Source: Octopus vulgaris (Eukaryota). From it: a stretch of 64,000 bases of DNA. The position numbers and the translations under genes were made by a program. Below are positions 55,074 to 64,000 of this stretch, piece after piece (within the stretch, counting starts at the first letter, position 1; every line of letters begins with the position of its first letter). The stretch is from contig OX597816.1 in assembly GCA_951406725.2 (NCBI GenBank), positions 44,454,001 through 44,518,000 of the forward strand, in the 5' to 3' direction. The notes beneath the pieces were generated by a model, which worked only from the letters and a program-made list of their open reading frames with translations, had not been told where the DNA came from and searched no databases.

Positions 55074-55669
55074 TAAAGGAATTTTGTTAATTCGTCGTTC
55101 AACTCCATTCTTTCATTTATTTATGCACAGGCATAAATATATATATTATATATGTTCACAGAGACACTCACATGCATATAAATGCACACACGCTCATAAT
55201 GTATATACATATACATAACTTAGTTTGATTTGAAAACCCCATTAGAATGGGAGAAAGCGCTAATAATCTAAGTGATATGATATATATAAAAAATGTAATA
55301 TACAAATAAATATCTGTAAATATAAAACATACGATTTTCTGAGTACCTCATTTCTTCTAATATATAATATCTGTACATCATCTCCAAACCTTCCAATACA
55401 TATACATATATATGGCAGTGAGTTTATGCATCAAACATTTTATAAACACCAGCACTATAGCTAATGCCACAACTGTTGTCTTTTTTTTTTTAAATAACGT
55501 TTGGATAAACTTCATAAAAGAATACCATTGGAATATTGACCCCAATGTTAAATTAAACCGCGGATATTCGATACAAGCAGCATGGCCGGTAACGTCAACA
55601 TCGATATCAATGAAATATCGACGGAGTCATCACTGAAAAGTATATATGAAATGTCATAAGATGAATATA

Positions 55670-56075
55670 TACTCGTTTACTCTTTTACCTGTTTCAGTGA
55701 TTTGACTGTGGTTATGCTGGAGCACCGGCTTTAGTTGAGCACTTCGACCCCAGGACTTATTCTTTGTAAGCCTAGTACTTATTCTATCGGTCACTTTTGC
55801 CGGACCACCAGGTTTCGGGGACGTAAACACACCAGCATCAGTTGTCAAGCGATGTTGGGGAGGGAGACACAGATACACAAATATACACATTCACACACAC
55901 ACACAGAGATACACATACATATATACGACGGGCTTCTTTCAGTTTCCGTCTACCAAATCCACTCACAAGGATTTGGTCGGTCCGAGACTATAGTAGAAGA
56001 CACTTGCCCAAGGTGCCATACAATGGGATTGAACCCGGAACCATGAGGTCGGTAAACAAGCTACTTACCACAGCC
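55670..56075 (-). mobile_element. SINE family B
   Basis: Near-full reverse-complement copy. Confidence 0.9.
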
Positions 56076-56889
56076 TACGTATAAGTTTGAACTACGCAGT
56101 ATATTTTCTTCAGAGTTATGACTTGTGTAAATCACATAAAATAGTAAAATATACATAAAAAGCAGATCTCACTGTTGAGTATACGAACGGAGCAAAAATG
56201 TATTTAGATCAACTACATTCAGGGATGAGTTGCTTTCCGAAAAATAACATTAATTGAATGCAAGAAGAGGATTTATGGTTGTAATTTTATTCTCAAAATG
56301 AGAACTATGAACAAAATAGCAGTAGAATAAAGATGTAGACAGCACATGTAATAACGAGATTAGACTCCTTGATCATCAAGCTGGTAGTAAGCTAACTGTG
56401 TGTATATGTATGTCCGTAACTTTAGGAGTAAAATATAACTTGTTACTTTGAAAAGGGCGACACGTAGTTAAATCAGTTTTCTTTCTCTGAGAGCAAAAAT
56501 CCCTGACCAATTTAACGGTTTCCAGTTTTCTGAAGTCAGATCTTATTCATTCCTGTATAAAAGGATAATATCAACTTCGTACTATTTATCGCATAAGCAC
56601 ATTCAAATGCATTTTGGTTTGTCTAATTTGCATAATAGTGCCAGCGTTGGCAACGTGGATATCTTCTTGAATAGAAGCAACACGAAACAATAAGCTCAGT
56701 AAAATACCTGTTGCATAGTTGTCAGATATTTTCCCGTTCGTGATCGTAAAGCAGTGGGTTCAAATCAGGAACGGATAGCTTTTGGTCTTCTTAAACAAGA
56801 CATTTCATTCCACATTACTACAGTCTATTCAGCTGTTATGCTTACCAGTCGGTTACTAATGCAACCCTCCCTCTCTCTCTCTCTCTCTA

Positions 56890-56934
<45 letters not shown>

Positions 56935-56967
56935 ATTGGCACATCCCCTCTGATCAGTTGGTTCTAG

Positions 56968-57110
56968 TTTCTTTATTGCCCACAAGGGGCTAAACATAGA
57001 GGTGACAAACAAGGACAGACAAAGGGATTATGTCGATTACATCGACCCCAGTGCGTAACTGTTACTTAACTTATCGACCCCGAAAGGATGAAAGGCAAAG
57101 TCGACCTCAG
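56968..57110 (-). mobile_element. SINE family A, 3' part
   Basis: Core and tail only. Confidence 0.85.
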
Positions 57111-57627
57111 ACATCTAAAACTATTAGCGGAAAAAATGCTAAATACTATGAAGACGAACTCGCTCAGGAGTAACAGCTAACTGTACTATATTTAAGAGGA
57201 TATAAAGATATATTTAACGTCGGAATGAGAAATTAGAAATTGTAGTTAAACTATAGGTTTATCACTATGTAACAAAAAAAAAGACCTCAGTTTGTCTAAT
57301 GCCAATTTCTTTTATTAATGTTTCAACACAACCCAGATACTCATTCGTAATCAAAGACAAAGTGTTAGTTCATTCCTACAATATGCACATAAAGATACAG
57401 ACGAAAATTAGGGCGTATAGTTTGTTTCTCGAGCGCAACGAATCGCTTTTTGTTGGACAGCCAGAATGATGGTTCATTACACTGCCGTAAATACTCCTCT
57501 CGAATTTCGTTAACAGCTTTTAATACCGTATTTGGTAATTTATTACTTACTCTGCGGGAGAATACTTTCTCCTTGAAGGAGTACTTCAAAGCCAAAGTTA
57601 TTTTTTCTCATAATGTTCCTGAAAGTG

Positions 57628-57736
57628 ATATCACGTTGAAATCACCGGTTCTCGTCTGATCACCGAAGTTAAGCAACGTCGAGCCTAGTCAGTACTTAGA
57701 TGGGTGACCGCTTGGGAAACCTAGGTGCAGTAAGCA
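57628..57736 (+). pseudogene. 5S rRNA pseudogene, truncated about 10 nt at the 5' end
   Basis: ATATCACGTTGAAATCACCGGTTCTCGTCTGATCACCGAAGTTAAGCAACGTCGAGCCTAGTCAGTACTTAGATGGGTGACCGCTTGGGAAACCTAGGTGCAGTAAGC. Lacks the 5' strand of helix I and the T-run terminator. Confidence 0.92.
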
Positions 57737-57748
57737 TAGCTCATTGTT

Positions 57749-58160
57749 TAGGCGCAGGAGTGGCTGTGTGGTAAGTAGCTTGCTTACCAACCATATGGTT
57801 CCGGGTTCAGTCCCACTGCGTAGCACCTTGGGCAAGTGTCTTCTACTATAGCCTCGGGCCGACCAAAGCCTTGTGAGTGGATTTGGTAGACGGAAACTGA
57901 AAGAAACCCGTCGTATATATGTGTATATATATATATGCGTGTGTGTGTTTGTGTGTCTGTGTTTGTCCCCCAAGCATTGCTTGACAACCGATGCTGGTGT
58001 GTTCACGTCCCCGTCACTTAGCGGTTCGGCAAAAGAGACCGATAGAATAAGTACTGGGCTTAAAAAGAATAAGTCCCGGGGTCGAGTTGCTCGATTAAAG
58101 GCGGTGCTTCAGCATGGCCGCAGTCAAATGACTGAAACAAGTAAAAGAGTAAAAGAGTAT
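57749..58160 (+). mobile_element. SINE family B, full length
   Basis: GGCGCAGGAGTGGCTGTGTGGTAAG head through the AAAGAGT tail. Confidence 0.92.
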
Positions 58161-58424
58161 ATATAATCCTCACTACTATTGCTACTACAATGATTGTTGC
58201 AATTGTCCCTGCAATTTAGCATGGTCATAGTAAGTGGACAGTGGTCAGTTACTGTAGCCAGTAACGTAGTTTGGCTGGCAGGCAGCATGGAATCAGTTGG
58301 AATGTCGCTAACTGCGAAAACAGGTGGTGTTCTCACATCGTCCAAGTTTTCGTTTCCTTTATAATGTTGGGGAGTATGTATTATGTATGTATCTATCTAT
58401 CACTCTATCTATATATCTACCTAC

Positions 58425-58501
<77 letters not shown>

Positions 58502-59186
58502 ATTCTATATATATATATATACTCAAAATAAGCAACAAGTATATATTCGGTAATTTAGTACGATCGTTTCATGCTACTTCATTTTATTAAACATTGTAAG
58601 TATTACATCAGTTTTAAAATGTTGAGCAATCTTCAGCCATTTATAAAAGTCTTCCATCAAACGGACAATACATATACTTAGTTCCATTTCGTTTGCCAAC
58701 ATTATAGAGAGGGTAGATATACCGACAGAGAGGTTGATTTGATTGTTAAGAACATGATAGTATGAAAATTTACCTTCTGACTATAGATTTTCCCTTTAGT
58801 TATTTAGATCAGTTAGTGGGGAGCGAGAGATTTTCGGTTGGATGGAGACAATTTTTTTTCTATTTATAGATATAGGTAAGGGCAAAATAAATGTCAAAAG
58901 TTATTCATGTTGAAGTTTAAGTGGTAGGGGAATTATATATATATATATGCATATTATGGCTGAAAGATAATATTTTATTCGAAGTAGCCGCCGTCAACAT
59001 TTATATATAATATAGATAACGTTTCTTGTCTTGTTTTCCATTTGTTTCTTTCGTTGTTCGCAAAAAAATGTTCATATTCGATGTTTTCGTATTTTGTATT
59101 TCATATTTACGTTCTGAGATGCCCTGTGCCCATATATGCATATGTAAGTATGTACATATATGTATGTATATATGCATATATATATA

Positions 59187-59244
<58 letters not shown>

Positions 59245-59773
59245 CATACATATATACATATATATATATTATTTATATTATTATATGACTGAAAGCTACG
59301 CATCCATTTCCCAGTAAGTTTTATGATAAAAAATTCTAGGCGACCCTTATTGGTCTATTTCTATTTCTCTTTCCCTCTCCTATTCGTTTCCTCTCTCTTT
59401 TTCTAATTCTTTTCCTTTCCCATTCGCCGTTCTCTGTCACTCTCTCCATCACTCTTCCTCATTTGCTCTCTCGTTGCTCATACGTGACCGTCGGCCATCT
59501 ATCTTTTGTTTAAGTGGTAGGGGAATTATATATATATATATATATGCATATTATGGCTGAAAGATAATACTTTATTCCACGTAGCCGCCGTCAACATTTA
59601 TATATAATATAGATAACGTTTCTTGTCTTGTTTTCCATTTGTTTCTTTCGTTGTTCGCAAAAAAAGTTCATATTCCATGTTTTCGTATTTCGTATTTCAT
59701 GTTTACGTTCTGAGATGCCCTGTGCCCATATATGCATATGTAAGTATGTACATATATGTATATATATATATGC

Positions 59774-59852
<79 letters not shown>

Positions 59853-59878
59853 CATACATATATACATATATATATAAG

Positions 59879-60748
59879 TATAAACACACAGACACACATC
59901 AATACCTAAATTTTAAGTCGTGCCATCCACCACATACAAAACGTAACATCCCATACTGCCTAGCCAGAAGAATTTGTACGATTGTAGAAGATGCAAATAT
60001 CAGGAACAAACGCCTAATAGAACTAAGAGAATTTTTGCTCAAACAAAAATACCCATCTCTACTTATAGAAAATGGCATACAGCGGGCTATAAAAATACCC
60101 ATACAACAACTTAGGACAACCCAAGGAAGAGGAAAACAAGAACAAGTCATACCATTCATAGTGACACACAACCCATGTCACCAGAATATCTTCAACATTG
60201 CCAAAGCAAACCTGCCAATCATTGCCCAAAGTAATGAATTAAAAGACATAATCACGGATCGAGCTATGGTGCTTAGTAAAAGACAGCCTAAAAACTTGAA
60301 AACATTACTAACAAAGGCAAAATTTGACCTCAGCAACAAAGACCAAACATTCACGGTATCTAAATGCAATGATAGCCGATGTGGCACATGCCAATTCATA
60401 CATACCGGTCAATATATAAACACAAAAACCGGGAAAATATTCACAAACGCGAATATGAACTGCAAAAGCAGAAATTTAATTTACTGCATCAAATGCCCAA
60501 ATTGTGAAGAAATATATGTAGGTCAGACGGGAAACGCACTATTAGAACGCTCACGTGTACACCGGCAACAGATTAGAGACCCAGAGATCCGTCAGATACC
60601 TTTGAGTAACCACCTAGCAACATGTGGCCGGAAAATGTATATAATATTTCCGTTCTACAAATTACACAGCCCAAGTGAAATCGAGAGGAGAATCAGAGAA
60701 AAGAATTTTATTGATAAATTCGAACCCAAGCTAAATGAGCAATACTAA
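59879..60748 (+). CDS. PLE ORF 3' part: RT thumb, Cys-rich linker and GIY-YIG endonuclease (no true start codon)
   Basis: [17 protein letters not shown] (thumb), [11 protein letters not shown] (linker), [31 protein letters not shown]...P.LN (GIY-YIG). Stop-free for about 289 codons. Confidence 0.9.
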   Translation, partial: YKHTDTHQYLNFKSCHPPHTKRNIPYCLARRICTIVEDANIRNKRLIELREFLLKQKYPSLLIENGIQRAIKIPIQQLRTTQGRGKQEQVIPFIVTHNPCHQNIFNIAKANLPIIAQSNELKDIITDRAMVLSKRQPKNLKTLLTKAKFDLSNKDQTFTVSKCNDSRCGTCQFIHTGQYINTKTGKIFTNANMNCKSRNLIYCIKCPNCEEIYVGQTGNALLERSRVHRQQIRDPEIRQIPLSNHLATCGRKMYIIFPFYKLHSPSEIERRIREKNFIDKFEPKLNEQY

Positions 60749-61239
60749 TAATACTTAGAGGTATTACTTCCACTGCTACGACCATGACCACTAACAACAA
60801 CAACAATACTAAAGGTGATCAAGATGAAGATAGCAGGAAAATTATCTTATTTAGGGTTAAAAGTTCTATTGCCACCACCATCACCACTAGCAACAATAAT
60901 TAAGGTGCTGACAATGATGATGATGACAATTGAAATATAAAAATATAAAAATCTCTGACAAAGGATATTTACAACATTTCTAAAAATAACCCAACAATTG
61001 CTGCTTCGGCCAGGGTCAAGATACAGGACTCTTGACATGTCCAACAAAGCGTGATGCCTAAACCAATCAGCTCAACCAACCAATCAGCTTAAGTAATTGA
61101 GTGATACTACACACTGATTGGTCAGAATACAGTTTGCAAAACCTAGCACTCTGGAGCCTACCCAGCTGTATTTATAGCACAGAATCAATCATCTTGCTAC
61201 AGTCAAAAATTGTGAAGCATGACTGTCAACACTACTACA

Positions 61240-61284
61240 TGAACCCGAAGATTGCAGAATTCAATGCATGAAAGTACTAGTTCA
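61240..61284 (+). ncRNA. Minimal hammerhead in the PLE 3' pseudo-LTR (U4C core)
   Basis: TGAAC-CCGAAGA-TTGCA-GAATTCAA-TGCAT-GAAA-GTAC-TA-GTTCA. Confidence 0.8.
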
Positions 61285-61413
61285 ATCAGAATGAATATTT
61301 AACATTCTACTATTTCATTTTATATTATTCAATTATAATATATTATCTTATAATATATCATTATAAGATTGTAAATAAAACGTGAAAATCAGACAAGGTT
61401 GGAATTATTTTTA

Positions 61414-61496
<83 letters not shown>

Positions 61497-61503
61497 TACA
61501 TAC

Positions 61504-61563
<60 letters not shown>

Positions 61564-61964
61564 TATATTATTATATGACTGAACGCTACGCATCCATTTC
61601 CAAGTAAGTTTTATCTTAAAAATTTCGATGCGACCCTTATTGGTCTATTTCTATTTCTCTTTCCCTCTCCTATTCGTTTACTCTCTCTTTCTTTTTCTAA
61701 TTATTTTCCTTCCCATTCGCCGTTCTCTGTCACTCTCTCCCTCACTCTTCCTCATTTGCTCTCTCGTTGCTCATACGTGACTGTCGGCCATCTTTCTTTT
61801 CAGATTTGAGTGGATGTCCGCTCATTTTAGGGCACGTATGGGTTTATGAGTTCATTTGTGCATGTTTTGATTAAACTCATTGACAGTTTCCCAGATAATG
61901 GTGATGGCAATGGTGCACGTCGGTATGATAAAATATACTTCCTTTCAAGTGGGCAAGAATTAAA

Positions 61965-62310
61965 CTCTTCTCTTGGCTAAGCATAATCTGCATTTCCTGA
62001 TGTTATTGAAGTAAGGTTAGTACTTCTCTAAGATCTTCCAACTTATGTTGTATTCCGTGACACTTCCTATCAACGACCATACATGCTTAGACAGGGCAGT
62101 GATATTTCTTCTCTCCGGGGCATTGAAGGACTAATTTGTACTGTTGTATCTGGTTGTGAAGAAACTTTCTGTTGCTCCAAAATACATTTACACGTTTAGC
62201 TGTCAATTTGATCTTTTCGATGTCACCACTGCCTCAAACACGGCTATCTCTGTATTACATTGCTCGTTAAGAGGATATATCGTGTTACCTCTACATGAGC
62301 ATCCTGCCTC
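61965..62310 (-). pseudogene. Decayed PLE GIY-YIG endonuclease (Naiad-like)
   Basis: GCSCRGNTIYPLNEQC...VFEAVV...YFGATESFFTTRY...SF...TALSKHVWSL...YNISWKIL...CRLCL. Four in-frame stops. Confidence 0.85.
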
Positions 62311-62575
62311 TGTCTCAAGTGTATGTTTTTTACATTAGAAGCACAACTAAAGGAAGCCCTCAAGATGAGCTACATACAGACACACGCACACACGCACACA
62401 CATATGTATATATATATATATATACGTACATACTATATCGGAAAGGTGAGCTAGAGTTATATTCCAAAAATATCTATATTCAGATAAATGAATTATTTTA
62501 TATGTATATATTACCATAAAGAGTCTTTCATTGTATGACTTTTGGTGGGTAGTATTCTATATATTAGTAGTATTC

Positions 62576-62892
62576 TAACCTCTCGAAAGAGCTGTTCTTC
62601 ACTCCTGCTCAAGAGCGTGGGCTGCGGGGTTACTCCGAAAAGCTCTATCTACGACGATTTCATCTCAATCGAAGGAGATGGGCTTTCTCCGCCCGGGTTA
62701 CGTATCAGTGGAATAAGCTGCCGGACGAGATAGTGAAGATGCCGACGACCGCTCGGTTCAAAGTCTCTCTTGACCAGAAATGGCCCGAACTCTTTGTATG
62801 ACCAACCTCCCTGTAGATAACTCTCTGTCCCCCTACATGGCCTTGCTTTTGCTTTCTGAGTCAATAAAAATTGAATTGAATTGAATTGAAAA
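62576..62892 (+). mobile_element. CR1-type LINE 3' end
   Basis: LRGYSEKLYLRRFHLNRRRWAFSARVTYQWNKLPDEIVKMPTTARFKVSLDQKW, then a short UTR and (AATTG)n tail. Confidence 0.85.
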
Positions 62893-62929
62893 TAGTTAGA
62901 CGCAAGAAAATTATAATATATACCGCGAA

Positions 62930-63100
62930 AGAGATTTTTGGTCGGAAACCGGTGCAAAAATCTGTGATTTGGGAAGGGAATAAAAAAATAGTCCATGAAA
63001 AGTATTGCAGACGTTTGTGAGAGAAAGACCACAATATAAATTCTCTACAGGTAATGAAACAAAATCGTGGATGCACGGCTGAAACGATACCAAACAGGGT
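62930..63100 (+). mobile_element. Possible mariner transposase remnant
   Basis: TGNETKSWMHG*NDTK resembles TGDETWVHxYxPETK. Confidence 0.3.
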
Positions 63101-63361
63101 GCTGAAACAAGCACCCAGTTTGAGGTCGTGGCTTCGTGGTTTGTAGAGGGGCAAAAGTGTGCAATTACTTGGATCTAAAGAATCTTGGCATTCAGGTGAT
63201 GCGTCTGTGAACTTCGACATGCTGTTGACCGATATTCTTGAAGTTCTCGAAAACATATTCTTTAAATGATGACTGACGAATACCATGTAATGGAAGCTGT
63301 GCGTAAAATATATTATACGTGCTTACAGATATACGTTGTTGCATGCACATGTATATGTGTA

Positions 63362-63428
<67 letters not shown>

Positions 63429-64000
63429 TGATATGTGTGTGTGCGTGCGTGTGTGTATTTAACTACACTCATTGATATAAGCAATCGATGTATACGCGCA
63501 TGGATCTTTAAATATATATGTACATGTATACCAATATATACACACACATACACGCACGCACAGAGATCTTGTTAATATCACCTTCGAAATATTATACAGC
63601 GCTAACGCAATTTTTGCAACCTCGAAATTTACTTACTGGCACTGAAAATCTCATTTAAAAAACTAATGCCTTTTAGTCTCTCTGCTCTCTTTAACGTTAG
63701 TTGCCGTGACTTGCACAAGTTCTTTAAGCTGTAACCTATGTCGAAGACCAAGAAGAAAGGAAAAAATTCTACCATGATACTATGTCGTATCGTTCTCTCT
63801 CTTGTTTTTTTTTAACTTTTCGTTATTTCTTTTTGTCTTTTCTCGATGTACAACATTTTCTATTCTTTTAGGCTTATTGTATTTTTATTTCTTCGTTTAG
63901 CTATCTCTATACTATGTTTTTTTTTCTATTTCTTTCTCCCCTCTTTTCTCCGTGTTGCCATCTTTTGTTGTTTGATATATATATATATATATATATATAT

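Larger units (their letters stand above)
54656..55122. mobile_element. 179-bp inverted repeat (inverted PLE pseudo-LTR-like) with 109-bp spacer
   Basis: 54656-54834 vs 54944-55122, two mismatches seen. Confidence 0.95.
59876..61418 (+). mobile_element. 5'-truncated Penelope-like retroelement (Neptune-like)
   Basis: ORF remnant, 3' UTR and hammerhead, bounded by (TA)n on both sides. Confidence 0.9.
58915..61800 (-). repeat. Tandem ~593-bp pseudo-LTRs of the Naiad-like PLE; second copy split by a Neptune-like insertion
   Basis: Copy 1 spans 58915-59507. Copy 2 spans 59508-59876 plus 61419-61800 and runs directly into the GIY-YIG remnant. Confidence 0.75.

Noticed and set aside
56740-56800. 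PDLNPL Tc1-like motif on the minus strand
   Set aside because: Isolated hexapeptide with no surrounding DDE similarity.
59756-59878. Predicted N-terminus of the 330-aa ORF
   Set aside because: It is (TA)n read-through. The real PLE sequence starts at about 59876 and is 5'-truncated.
61965-62310. In-frame TGA as selenocysteine in a Naiad-like element
   Set aside because: The same frame also has TAA, TAG and TAA stops, so simple decay explains it.

Overview
AT-rich, microsatellite-saturated eukaryotic non-coding DNA, most likely an octopus/cephalopod genome (inferred from the tRNA-derived SINE families and a mollusc-type 5S rRNA copy). I found no host protein-coding gene I can support, and nearly all listed ORFs are translations of microsatellites. 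The window holds about 35 copies of four SINE families and decayed LINEs (R4/Dong-like REL fragments at (TAA)n arrays, CR1/Jockey-like pieces). It also holds a Gypsy gag remnant, a rearranged mariner remnant, a 5'-truncated 5S rRNA pseudogene and two Penelope-like elements (PLEs) nested in each other. The main hidden signal is RNA structure. At least a dozen minimal type-I hammerhead ribozyme (HHR) motifs with palindromic stem III occur in several unrelated repeat families. They include a young 404-bp x2.8 tandem array with one HHR per unit (retrozyme/circRNA-like), a 179-bp inverted repeat with two divergent canonical HHRs, and a 300-bp tandem interleaved with (GATA)n. Several motifs have variant catalytic cores (U4C in three families, a G3-C8 swap, U3-A8, A6U). 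All calls were made by eye with no database searches; ribozyme activity is untested.
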